Assembly (NCBI GenBank): GCA_028819005.1
Contig: JAPPMP010000033.1
Span: 14,273-78,272, forward strand
Source of the DNA: Acidimicrobiaceae bacterium
GTDB lineage: Bacteria; Actinomycetota; Acidimicrobiia; Acidimicrobiales; Aldehydirespiratoraceae
DNA length: 64,000 nucleotides
Direction of reading: 5' to 3'
A program made the position numbers and the translations under genes. Under the pieces are notes generated by a model. That model saw nothing but the letters and a program-made list of their open reading frames with translations, ran no database searches and had not been told where the DNA came from. How positions within the stretch are numbered: position 1 is the stretch's first letter; every line of letters begins with the position of its first letter. Below, in pieces: positions 44,765 through 53,263 of the stretch.

Positions 44765-44938
44765 GTGCTGTCTCCTTTAGTCGTTGGGCCCGCGTTGACG
44801 TGCCTATGTGTTATGTGCAACCAGTCTATATGGAGCCGCTGATCGCGTGACTTGGAGAGTTGTCCATCGTGGTGCGGTCAACTGAGAGCAGATCGTTGAG
44901 TCGCAGGGGGCCGGTGCGCAAAGGTTTCGGTCGGCGGG

Positions 44939-46288
44939 TCAGCCGTGGACGCTCATGGAAGTGGCGGCTGCCTCGCGGTTGCGGCTGAAGAATCCGACTT
45001 CGATGGGCATGCCGGTGTAGCGTCCTGTCACCACGAGCGGGTCGTTGTCGTGGTCAAGGCCACTTTCGACCGCGGTGATCAACTCGGCCATCACATGTCC
45101 GGCAACGGATCCGTTCTTGTACTGGTTGCCACTGGTGCCGATGGCCACGTAGAACCCGTCGAGATCGGTGCGGTCATAGATCGGCACCCAGTCGTCGCTG
45201 ACGTCGTAAAGGTCGACGACGCCCTTCTTCTGGTGGGGGATCCCGAGTCCGGGAATCCGTCGTCCGGCGCGAAGCACCTGAGCCTCCCACTGGCTGTCGC
45301 TGATCCGGTTGTCGTAACTGTCGGGGTGAACCCATTGCTGCTCGTCGCAGGTCGGGTCGCCGCTGCCGATCAATATGTGGTTGCCGACCTCGGGCCGGTA
45401 GTAGACCCCGGTGTCGTCGTCGGCGGCGGTGAATCCCTGTGTCTCGTAGTCGAACCCGTCGGGGGCGGGCACGTGATGCACCTCGTGGCGCAAGGCTCGG
45501 GTCTTGATCTTCATCGAGTCGTAGACGCCGGCCATCTGGTTGATCAGATACGAGTGAGGTCCGGCGACGTTCACCACCACCGAAGCGCTGATTCTGGCGC
45601 CGTCCGCGAGCGCGACGCCCGAAACCCGTTGTGACGAGCGCAAGATCTCGACGATCTGCGAGTTGAACATGAAACACGCACCGGCAGCTTCGGCAGCTCG
45701 CTGAAGGTTGTGGACTGACAGCTGGGGGTCGTTGACGTACCCGGCCTCCGGTGAGTAGATCGCGCCGCGGAGCTGGGCTGAAGGCTCTTCCCAGAACTGT
45801 TCGTCGGACGGCAGTTTGGGCGGGCCGTAGCATCCCTGATCGAAGATCGGCAGGCGCCGAGCCAGGTCCTCGGAAGTCCACTCCTCAAAGGGAATGCCGA
45901 GTTCGTGCCACAGGGCTCGTACTCGTTGGGGGTGGTCGGTGTCGTCGCTGAGCAGCACCACCTGTCCGCATTGGCGGTATTCGATCAGCCCGAGCTCATC
46001 CTCGACGCCTGTGTAGTCGCGCCAATTGAGCCAGTAGTGGAGTCCTTCCCAGGCCAAAACGACTCCCGGCTTTGTCGAGTAGCTGAACCGCACGATCGCA
46101 CAGGAGTTGAGGGTCGACCCGGCGCCGGCGCTCGCAGCCTTGTCCACACACAGCACACGCCACCCCCGCCGTGCCAGTTCGAGCGTTGTGGCTGCGCCGA
46201 TAATGCCGGCGCCGATGACCACCGCATCGTAACTGTCGCTGCTTTCGGGTCCGGCAGGACCAACCGGCTTGGAGTTCGCATTCATCAC
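44939..46288 (-). CDS. FAD-dependent oxidoreductase (DAO / sarcosine-oxidase-beta-like)
   Basis: N-terminal DAVVIGAGIIGAATTLELARRG dinucleotide fold. Confidence 0.85.
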   Translation of the reverse strand: MMNANSKPVGPAGPESSDSYDAVVIGAGIIGAATTLELARRGWRVLCVDKAASAGAGSTLNSCAIVRFSYSTKPGVVLAWEGLHYWLNWRDYTGVEDELGLIEYRQCGQVVLLSDDTDHPQRVRALWHELGIPFEEWTSEDLARRLPIFDQGCYGPPKLPSDEQFWEEPSAQLRGAIYSPEAGYVNDPQLSVHNLQRAAEAAGACFMFNSQIVEILRSSQRVSGVALADGARISASVVVNVAGPHSYLINQMAGVYDSMKIKTRALRHEVHHVPAPDGFDYETQGFTAADDDTGVYYRPEVGNHILIGSGDPTCDEQQWVHPDSYDNRISDSQWEAQVLRAGRRIPGLGIPHQKKGVVDLYDVSDDWVPIYDRTDLDGFYVAIGTSGNQYKNGSVAGHVMAELITAVESGLDHDNDPLVVTGRYTGMPIEVGFFSRNREAAATSMSVHG

Positions 46289-46421
46289 GGGATCTTACCC
46301 ATGTCGCGATTTCAGCCCCATGGCCTGAAGACGGTTGGGGATTGTTGGGGCAGCGCAGAGGTTCGGGGGCACGCACTGGCGGCTTCGACGCCCGGCGCCT
46401 GCCGACGTGCTCTGCGGCGGG

Positions 46422-46632
46422 CTAGGCGTGGACAGTGAAGGCTTGGCGGCGGTTTCGGCCGAACCGGTAGATGAAATAGTCCTGATCAAATGAGATCGCC
46501 TCGTGAACGCCGAGGCGCCGCATGATCGACCAGTTTGTGCGATCGACGATTGAGAACTCCTAGTCGGTGAACGCGTCGTGAATCTGCGAGGCGATCTCAA
46601 GGTCAGCGATCGTGGCGACTTCCACGCGGGCC
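46422..46632 (-). pseudogene. duplicated 3' half of vapC (47341..47757) with an internal stop
   Basis: About 210 nt align to 47341-47551 with scattered mismatches. The codon corresponding to Q in TDQEF is TAG here, and there is no 5' half. Confidence 0.7.
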
Positions 46633-46643
46633 CGCTGATAAGG

Positions 46644-47036
46644 TCAGGGACCGGAGGGCCAGTGTTGAACTTCCAGTTCGGGCATCGGAAAGTCCGCAAC
46701 GTTTGCAGTGGCCAATACTGCACCCGCCCCGACAGCAGACGCCGCTATCAGGCAGTCTGCCTGATGCAGGGTGATACCGGCAGCGGCGTACTCTCGGCGC
46801 CAGCGGCCGGCGCGTTGGCCTTCTGCGCCACCCAGGGGCGCCATTCGTAGTGCTTGAACCAGGCGACGGGCCGCCGGCTCTTCCTCAGCCCGAAGGCCCC
46901 GCCAGATCTCTTCGACTGATACCGCGCACACCCACGGTTCCACACCTTGGCGCCGCATTGCTCGCAAGCGCTCCGCAGCGGGTCGACCTCTGAGCGCGTC
47001 GATCAGGACTGTCGAGTCGAGCAGAAGTCGTGACAC
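46644..47036 (-). CDS. vapC: PIN-domain toxin
   Basis: The N-terminal LLLDSTVLID motif is followed by QADCLIAASA and then ATANVADF. Start is GTG 47036, 2 nt after the antitoxin stop. Confidence 0.8.
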   Translation of the reverse strand: MSRLLLDSTVLIDALRGRPAAERLRAMRRQGVEPWVCAVSVEEIWRGLRAEEEPAARRLVQALRMAPLGGAEGQRAGRWRREYAAAGITLHQADCLIAASAVGAGAVLATANVADFPMPELEVQHWPSGP

Positions 47037-47038
47037 TC

Positions 47039-47278
47039 TCAGCCCGAACGCACCGGGTCGCTCCGCCGCTGCGCGCGAACCCATCCTTGAGGGTCTTCGT
47101 CCCAGTCATGCCCGGTGTCGGCGATCGACGCTAGAGACTCCTCAATCTCATCCCAGCGTTGCTCCTGCTCAAGACTGCGCCGGATCAGCGCTGCGATAAA
47201 CGCGCTCCGCCGCCGATGCCCCGCTCTCCGGTCCAGATCTGCTACCAGATCATCTTCAAGCTGAATGTGTAAACGCAT
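47039..47278 (-). CDS. vapB: ribbon-helix-helix antitoxin
   Basis: MRLHIQLEDDLVADLDRRAG...RSAFIAALI is RHH-like. It lies upstream of the PIN gene. Confidence 0.75.
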   Translation of the reverse strand: MRLHIQLEDDLVADLDRRAGHRRRSAFIAALIRRSLEQEQRWDEIEESLASIADTGHDWDEDPQGWVRAQRRSDPVRSG

Positions 47279-47340
47279 GTGCCTAATTATACACATAGAT
47301 CAGACTGTCACGACTCCGACTTTCGTCAAAGAGCTTGAGG

Positions 47341-47757
47341 CTAGGTGTGGACAGTGAAGGCTTGGCGACGGTTGCGACCGAACCGGTAGATGAAATAGTC
47401 CTGATCAAACGAGATCGCCTCGTGAACGCCAAGGCGCTGCATAATCGACCAGCTTGCGCGATCGACGATTGAGAACTCCTGGTCGGTGAACGCGTCGTGG
47501 ATCTGCGCGGCGATCTCAAGGTCGGCGATCGTGGCGACTTCCACGCGTGCCCCACCGGAGCGGACTGTTGCGATGAGTGTTTCGGCTGTATCGAAACCGA
47601 GCCGATTAGCCGCCAGGAACCAGGTCTCGACGAGCACATGATCGCTGGTCACCAGGTCTCCGGAGAACTCGCTGAGGCGTTCGACGGCTCGGTCGTGATG
47701 AATATCGCCGAGGTCCGCGGCTGCGTACCAAGCCGACGTGTCGACGAAGACGCTCAC
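47341..47757 (-). CDS. vapC: PIN-domain toxin
   Basis: FVDTSAWYAAAD, SDHVLVET and FSIVDRAS. It overlaps its antitoxin gene by 4 nt. Confidence 0.85.
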   Translation of the reverse strand: MSVFVDTSAWYAAADLGDIHHDRAVERLSEFSGDLVTSDHVLVETWFLAANRLGFDTAETLIATVRSGGARVEVATIADLEIAAQIHDAFTDQEFSIVDRASWSIMQRLGVHEAISFDQDYFIYRFGRNRRQAFTVHT

Positions 47758-47999
47758 CTCCGCGCGTCCCGATGAACTGTTATGGCTTCAGCCGTGGCTG
47801 TCTTGCGATCGACGGCGATGTTGCTGCCGCCGGAATCACCGATGCCGAAGATGGCAGTGATGTCGGAGTTCGGGCTCGTCTGAGCGAGGTCTTGCTCAAC
47901 GAGGCGGCGGATGTACTCGGCCATGCTGATGCCCAGATCGACGGCCTTGCGTTTGGCGAGTGCATGCTGTTCCGATTCGAGGTGGATCTGTGTACGCAT
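47754..47999 (-). CDS. vapB: antitoxin (RHH/VapB-like)
   Basis: The 81-aa sequence, with MAEYIRRLVEQDL, overlaps vapC in the ATGA manner. The palindrome ATGATG-CTA-CATCAT spans its start. Confidence 0.75.
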   Translation of the reverse strand: MRTQIHLESEQHALAKRKAVDLGISMAEYIRRLVEQDLAQTSPNSDITAIFGIGDSGGSNIAVDRKTATAEAITVHRDARR

Positions 48000-48105
48000 G
48001 ATGCTACATCATAACAGCATCGATGCGAATGGCTCAAGATCGAGCCGTTGTCACCATGGAAATACGCGTCCCATCGTTTCCATAAGTGTGATGCGATGTT
48101 GATGA

Positions 48106-48201
48106 TGGCGGAGGTGGACGGGAATCGAACCCGCCGGACAGGGATCACCCATCCCACCCGCTTTGAAGGCGGGGGAGCCCACCAGGCGCTCGGACACCTC
48201 C
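48106..48201 (-). tRNA. selC: tRNA-Sec (anticodon UCA)
   Basis: 96 nt. Anticodon loop CTTCAAA, long variable arm (GGGAT/ATCCC), 6-position D-stem with a short loop, 8-position acceptor plus 5-bp T-stem, discriminator G and an encoded CCA. Confidence 0.8.
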
Positions 48202-48402
48202 ACACAAGAAACTACAGGCAAATCAGTTGCGCTCGACCGTGTGAGAACCCCGGTGCGTCGATACCGTCATCGGAATGTCTAAGAACCGTCTGCTTCTGGG
48301 TGTCGTCTTGATCGTGCTGCTGGTGCTGCTGGGCCGAAAGGTCAAAGACGTCTGAGGCCGCGCTTGTGAGCCAGCGCCGCTGATATCAGTGCGTTTGGTG
48401 GG

Positions 48403-48430
48403 TTGACACTGCAATCTGTCCCATTAGGGT
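48403..48430 (+). promoter_or_regulatory. candidate sigma-70-type promoter for the Tad locus
   Basis: TTGACA (48403-48408), a 16-nt spacer, then TAGGGT (48425-48430), about 47 nt upstream of GTG 48477. Confidence 0.3.
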
Positions 48431-48476
48431 GTGACATACAACTTCCCCCGTCGAACATCGAGTTGCGGGAGTTGTC

Positions 48477-49130
48477 GTGTTTATTGTCTGCTGGTCACCC
48501 AAGGGTGGCTCAGGTACATCGGTTGTAGCCAGCGCTCTGGCGCTCAACCTTGCTTCATCGGGCCGAGAGACCCTGCTGGTCGACACGGTCGGCGACCTGG
48601 GCATGGTCCTCGGGTTGCCGCCGGGCGACGGCGACGGCTTGTCCGACTGGCTGCTGGCGCCGTCGGATGTATCGGCCGACGCGTTGTCGCTGCTCGAGGT
48701 GACTGCCGGGGAACGACTGCAACTCCTTGGCGCTGGAAACGCAACGCAGGCGGAAATCAACCCCGAGCGGACCGTGTTGGCCGCCGACCTGTTGTCTCGG
48801 TCAGCACGCTGGGTTGTGGTCGATGCGGGCAGCACCGGCACACCGGAGCCTTGGCTGGTGCAGGGCGCACGCTCGGTGATGATTCTGCGGGCCTGCTACC
48901 TCGGCATTCAGGCTGCCCTCGCGCGACGGCTGGCCCCGGGAACTTCAATTGTGGTCGTCGAAGAGCCTGGCAGGGCTTTGCGACTGGCTGACGTGACAGC
49001 GGTCTTCGCCGGACACAACGTTGTTTCAGTGCCCTGGGATCCAGCGGTTTCACGCGCTGTCGATTCCGGCCTGCTGGCGCACCGGATGCCGCGTTCGCTC
49101 AACCGTCTCGGCGAGGTGCTCGATGGCTGA
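48477..49130 (+). CDS. CpaE/TadZ-like (Ssd-type) ParA-family protein with degenerate P-loop
   Basis: SPKGGSGTS, and the position immediately upstream of tadA. Confidence 0.7.
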   Translation: MFIVCWSPKGGSGTSVVASALALNLASSGRETLLVDTVGDLGMVLGLPPGDGDGLSDWLLAPSDVSADALSLLEVTAGERLQLLGAGNATQAEINPERTVLAADLLSRSARWVVVDAGSTGTPEPWLVQGARSVMILRACYLGIQAALARRLAPGTSIVVVEEPGRALRLADVTAVFAGHNVVSVPWDPAVSRAVDSGLLAHRMPRSLNRLGEVLDG

Positions 49131-50226
49131 AGCACCACCCATGGCTGAGACAACACCGAAGGCTGAAGCGCCGCTGCTCGATCTTGCTGAGGCTGTCCAC
49201 GGCGACCTGTTGGACCAGGGAGGCGGCACCGCGGAGATCTTCAGCGCGATAGCCCGCCATGCCCCTCTGCTGGGCGCGCGCGAAAGAGAGTCGCTGCATC
49301 GTCAGGTCACCGCCCGGTTGGCTGGGCTCGGCTCCATCGAGCCGTTGCTGGTCGATCGGGAGATCAGCGAGATCATGATCAACGGGCCGGGCGTGGTTTG
49401 GCTGGAACGCAACGGGCGGATCGAACCGAGCGGGGTGGTGCTCAACAACAGCGAACTGGAGTTGCTCGTCGAACGGATCGTGGCGCCGATCGGTCGGATC
49501 GTGGATCCCAGGCGGCCCTGGGTGGACGGGCGCCTGGCCGACGGCAGCCGGGTCAACATAGTCGCACCGCCGGTGGCTATCGACGGCCCCTATGTCACGA
49601 TTCGCCGGTTCGTGCTGCGAGCTGAAGACGTGTCTGATTTCGGGCCGCCCGACGTCGCCTCGATGCTCTCGGAGCTGGTCAAAAGAAGGCGCAGCATCAT
49701 CGTCAGCGGCGGCACGGGTGCGGGCAAGACCTCGTTGCTCAACGCCCTCGCCGCGCACGTGGCTTCTGAAGCTCGCGTGATCACCGTCGAGGACGCGGCT
49801 GAGCTTCGCCTCCAGCATCCACATGTGGTGCGACTAGAGGCGCGAGCGGCCGGGGTCGAAGGGGTCGGAGCGGTGGAGATCCGCGACCTGTTGCGCAACG
49901 CGCTGCGAATGCGCCCTGATCGGATCGTGCTCGGCGAAGTGCGCGGCCCCGAAGCACTCGACCTGATTCAGGCTCTCAACACCGGGCATTCGGGGTGCCT
50001 GTCGACGATCCATGCGAACTCCCCGACCGATGCGCTGCGGCGATTGTCGTCTTTGGTGATGTCGGCGGGCACCGGCCTGCCCCATGAGGCGATCCGCGCC
50101 CAGATCGGTTCTGCGGTGGACGTGGTCGTGCAGGTTGAACGCACAGCATCCGAAGCACGCGAGGTGGCTGCAATTGTCGAGGTGGTCGACGGTGAGACGG
50201 TACGCCCCCTGTGGTGTGGGGAGTGA
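49123..50226 (+). CDS. tadA: TadA/CpaF-family secretion ATPase
   Basis: Walker A GGTGAGKTS, TVEDAAEL and GHSGCLSTIHAN. ATG 49123 overlaps the previous stop. Confidence 0.9.
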   Translation: MAEAPPMAETTPKAEAPLLDLAEAVHGDLLDQGGGTAEIFSAIARHAPLLGARERESLHRQVTARLAGLGSIEPLLVDREISEIMINGPGVVWLERNGRIEPSGVVLNNSELELLVERIVAPIGRIVDPRRPWVDGRLADGSRVNIVAPPVAIDGPYVTIRRFVLRAEDVSDFGPPDVASMLSELVKRRRSIIVSGGTGAGKTSLLNALAAHVASEARVITVEDAAELRLQHPHVVRLEARAAGVEGVGAVEIRDLLRNALRMRPDRIVLGEVRGPEALDLIQALNTGHSGCLSTIHANSPTDALRRLSSLVMSAGTGLPHEAIRAQIGSAVDVVVQVERTASEAREVAAIVEVVDGETVRPLWCGE

Positions 50227-50825
50227 CTGTGGTGCAAGGCGTGACCGTGGTGCGGGGTACGACGGTGAACCGCGCGGAGCGTCGTCGTCTCGCCGCGATC
50301 AGCCAACTTCCCGAAATGCTCGATGTGCTGGCACGTGAGTTGCGGGCCGGGCGCAACCTCCACGAAGCGATTCAGGCAGCGTCGATGTTGCCTTCGCTGT
50401 ACGGCTTGGGGCTCGACACGCTTGTTGCGCGCTTCGCATCGGGCGAACGGCTGGTGGAAGCGCTTGACCGTTGGGCCGGCGCGCTGAACCATCCTGACGG
50501 TGATCTGGTGCGGGCTGTAGTGAGCCTCGGGTCGGTCACCGGCGGTGCGCTCGCAGGATCCATGGAACGAGCCGCGTTGACTCTGCGGGAGCGGGCCGGG
50601 CTCGTCGATGAGGTGAGGGTACTGACCGCGCAGACTCGGGCTTCGGCGATGTTGCTGTTCGTGGCGCCCATCGGCTTCGTGGTTCTGCTCTCGATGTTCG
50701 ATCCGACGAGCAGCGCGGTGGTGTTCACCACCGGTGCAGGCCAACTTTGCCTGGGGCTGGGGCTGGTGCTCGATGTCGTCGGTTTCGTGTGGATGCGCTG
50801 GCTTGTGGCGACGGTGACCCGGTGA
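50211..50825 (+). CDS. tadB: TadB-like type II secretion system F-domain protein
   Basis: LPEMLDVLARELRAG and a C-terminal pair of transmembrane segments. There are several candidate GTG starts at 50211-50250. Confidence 0.75.
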   Translation: MVWGVTVVQGVTVVRGTTVNRAERRRLAAISQLPEMLDVLARELRAGRNLHEAIQAASMLPSLYGLGLDTLVARFASGERLVEALDRWAGALNHPDGDLVRAVVSLGSVTGGALAGSMERAALTLRERAGLVDEVRVLTAQTRASAMLLFVAPIGFVVLLSMFDPTSSAVVFTTGAGQLCLGLGLVLDVVGFVWMRWLVATVTR

Positions 50826-51640
50826 GCGCCTTGTTCGTCCTCGGTTGCTGCGCGCTCAGCGCGGTGTGGCTGCGTCCCTGGCGCACCCGGCCCCGACCTC
50901 TGGTGGAACCCCTGCCCACAGCGCACCGAGATGCGCTGCGGTCGACAGGCCGCTCAGCCCGTCGGCCGAGGAGCCGGTCAGCCGGTCGGTCAGAGGGCCG
51001 CTCAACGGGTCGGGCAACTGGCCGGTCAGCCGGTCGGCCGGGCTCGACTCGACGCCGAGCGCTATTGGTCGGAGTGATCCTCGGGGTGGTAATGGTCGGG
51101 TTGTCGCAGCCGGTGCTGGTCATCCCGCTGCTCTTGGTATACGCGGTCGTGGTGAGACGCCGTCGGCGAGCCGCAACCGACGACCACGCCGACGTGGTCA
51201 GGGCCCTGCCCGAGGTCGTGGACTTGGTGTTGGTGGGTGTGGGCGCCGGCCTGACGCCGAGAGAAACGCTGCACCGTTGCCAATCATGGTTGCCCGATCC
51301 CTTTGCGGAAGCCGTGGCCGGAGCACTGTCGAGGGCCGCGTCCGGGGCGACCTTCGCCGACGCGCTGGACAGAGGCATGACGCCGCTGGGAGACCGAGTG
51401 CGCCCACTGGTGGCAGCGCTCAATGCCGGCGAGCGCGATCACGCAATGCTGGCCCCCAGCCTGCTGCGGGTCAGCGACGAGGCTCGTCGCCAACGGCGGG
51501 TCGCCGCACAGGAGCGAGCGCGGCGTGTACCGGTCGCGATGCTCGGACCACTGCTTTTGTGCGTGCTCCCGTCGTTCGCACTGCTGACCTTGGCCCCGTT
51601 GATACTCGGCTCTCTCAGCGACCTGGGAGTGGTCGTCTAG
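50822..51640 (+). CDS. tadC: TadC-like type II secretion system F-domain protein
   Basis: LPEVVDLVLVGVGAGLTP and C-terminal transmembrane segments. GTG 50822 overlaps the tadB stop. An alternative start at TTG 51065 would give 191 aa and exclude the repeat region. Confidence 0.7.
   Translation: MSALFVLGCCALSAVWLRPWRTRPRPLVEPLPTAHRDALRSTGRSARRPRSRSAGRSEGRSTGRATGRSAGRPGSTRRRALLVGVILGVVMVGLSQPVLVIPLLLVYAVVVRRRRRAATDDHADVVRALPEVVDLVLVGVGAGLTPRETLHRCQSWLPDPFAEAVAGALSRAASGATFADALDRGMTPLGDRVRPLVAALNAGERDHAMLAPSLLRVSDEARRQRRVAAQERARRVPVAMLGPLLLCVLPSFALLTLAPLILGSLSDLGVVV
50948..51043. repeat. two tandem 48-nt units (GRSARRPRSRSAGRSE / GRSTGRATGRSAGRPG)
   Basis: Units at 50948-50995 and 50996-51043, sharing GCCGGTCAGCCGGTCGG. 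Confidence 0.75.
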
Positions 51641-51721
51641 CTCCGACTCGCATTGTCGCTTCCCTAACATCAAGCGCTTCCCCCACAGCAAAGACACAAC
51701 AAGCGAAACAGGAGGAACACG

Positions 51722-51949
51722 ATGTTGTTCCGTCAATGGGTAGCGATTGAGACGACCATGTTCACGGTTGCGGTCGAGGCAAAGGAGCGGTTGACCTGCG
51801 ACAGGGGCCAAGCAACAGCCGAATATGCGCTGGTGGTGCTCGGAGCGGCCACAGTAGCGATGATGCTGATCGCCTGGGCCACGTCCACGGGCAAGATATC
51901 GGGCCTGCTCAACAAGGTCGTCAATTCAATAGCAGACCGGGTTTCGTGA
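51722..51949 (+). CDS. Flp-type pilin-like small protein (DUF4244-like)
   Basis: A G/ATAEYALV prepilin-like motif is followed by a hydrophobic helix. AGGAGG lies 7 nt upstream of ATG 51722. Confidence 0.7.
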   Translation: MLFRQWVAIETTMFTVAVEAKERLTCDRGQATAEYALVVLGAATVAMMLIAWATSTGKISGLLNKVVNSIADRVS

Positions 51950-52314
51950 CGAAGCGCCGCGGCAGTCGCGGACAGGCGACGGTCGAGTTCGCGCTCCTGT
52001 TGCCAGTCGCGGTAGTTGCGCTGCTGGTGATCGCGCAGATCGGGCTCGTGGTTCGAGCCAGGGTCATGCTCACCCACGCGGCTCGCGAGGGAGCCCGGGT
52101 TGCGGCGGTCGGCGGATCGGACGCGGAGGTGGAGGCCGCGGTGGCCGATTCCGGCTCGCTGGACCCCGCGCAGCTGACGGTGGCCGTAACCCGCGGCGCT
52201 TCGACGGTCACAGTGCTGGTCGTCTACGTCATGCAAACCAATGTCTCCGTTGTCGGTGCGATGCTCGACGACCCTCAGATGTCGTCGGTGGCGACCATGT
52301 ACCGGGAGCAGTGA
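51946..52314 (+). CDS. tadE: TadE-family pilus assembly protein
   Basis: RGQATVEFALLLPV N-terminal TadE motif. The GTG start overlaps the previous stop. Confidence 0.75.
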   Translation: MTKRRGSRGQATVEFALLLPVAVVALLVIAQIGLVVRARVMLTHAAREGARVAAVGGSDAEVEAAVADSGSLDPAQLTVAVTRGASTVTVLVVYVMQTNVSVVGAMLDDPQMSSVATMYREQ

Positions 52315-52374
52315 CCGTGCCCTTCCAGGCCTGTATGAACCGGCAACGCGTGCTGGTCAGATACGGTTTCCGGG

Positions 52375-52707
52375 GTGCATTTGACTCGGACATTCCGCGA
52401 CGGTCCGTGGTGGGTCACTTCCGTCGCGGGGGAGCTTGACGTCGTCGGCGGACCCGAACTGCGTCAACATGTGATGGCTCAGGTCGACCAAGGCGGTCAT
52501 CGTCTGGTGCTCGACCTGAGTGGCGTCGACTTCATCGACTCGTTCGGGCTCGGGGTGATCGTTGGGGCGCTCAAACGAACACGGCTCCTTGATGGCGACC
52601 TGCGCATAGTGGTACCAGCGCCTCGGATTCGTAGAGTTTTTGAAGTGTGTGATCTTGACCGTGTCTTCGACCTTCATCGAACCGTGCAAGAGGCGGTCGC
52701 GGCCTGA
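52375..52707 (+). CDS. STAS-domain anti-sigma-factor antagonist
   Basis: DLSGVDFIDSFGLGVIVG and FEVCDLDRVF. Confidence 0.85.
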   Translation: MHLTRTFRDGPWWVTSVAGELDVVGGPELRQHVMAQVDQGGHRLVLDLSGVDFIDSFGLGVIVGALKRTRLLDGDLRIVVPAPRIRRVFEVCDLDRVFDLHRTVQEAVAA

Positions 52708-53249
52708 TGGCCCCGAGCCGAAGTCGCTCCGAGTCGTCCGACCCTGCCAGTTCAGAAACCGCTGGTTCAGACCCCGCTGATCCAGAAGCCGAGAGCGCTT
52801 GCACAGGCGAAGTCGTCCTCGCTATTCCGGCTCTCACCGAATACGTGTCGCTGGTGCGGCTGGTGGTTTCCAGTGCTGTACAGGTCCATCCCTGCATTGA
52901 CCCGGATCGGATCGAGGATCTCCAAGTCGCGGTGTCCGAGGCCACGACCAACGCCATCCGGTCCCACGAGAGCTCGGGCACAAATGCGCAGATCAGGGTC
53001 ACCTGCAACGTTGCGGAGGATCACATCGAAGTGATCATCCGCGACTATGGCGAAGGGTTCGACCCGGACGCCCTTCCAGTCCTCCCCGAACCGGGTTCGC
53101 CGGAACGGCTGCTGCATGAATCGGGGATGGGCCTCCGGCTGATGCGGATGCTCGCTGATGAGACAGAGATTTATCCGTCCTCATCGGGCACCTGCGTCCG
53201 CTTGGTATTCCACGGAACCAAGCGTCACCGCGCCGTCATGGGCCGATAG
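52707..53249 (+). CDS. anti-sigma regulatory serine kinase (RsbW/SpoIIAB-like HATPase)
   Basis: EATTNAIRH-type N box and DYGEGF / GMGLRLM G boxes. It overlaps the STAS gene by 1 nt. Confidence 0.8.
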   Translation: MAPSRSRSESSDPASSETAGSDPADPEAESACTGEVVLAIPALTEYVSLVRLVVSSAVQVHPCIDPDRIEDLQVAVSEATTNAIRSHESSGTNAQIRVTCNVAEDHIEVIIRDYGEGFDPDALPVLPEPGSPERLLHESGMGLRLMRMLADETEIYPSSSGTCVRLVFHGTKRHRAVMGR

Positions 53250-53263
53250 CGTCTCACATTGAT

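Noticed and set aside
48054-48085. Inverted repeat ATGGAAA-n16-TTTCCAT just downstream of the selC 3' end, considered as a terminator or att site
   Set aside because: The 7-bp AT-rich stem with a large loop is weak, and no matching repeat was found at the other end of the toxin-antitoxin islet.
48275-48355. 26-aa hydrophobic ORF (MSKNRLLLGVVLIVLLVLLGRKVKDV) between selC and the Tad locus
   Set aside because: It is too short to support without conservation or expression data and has no convincing ribosome-binding site.
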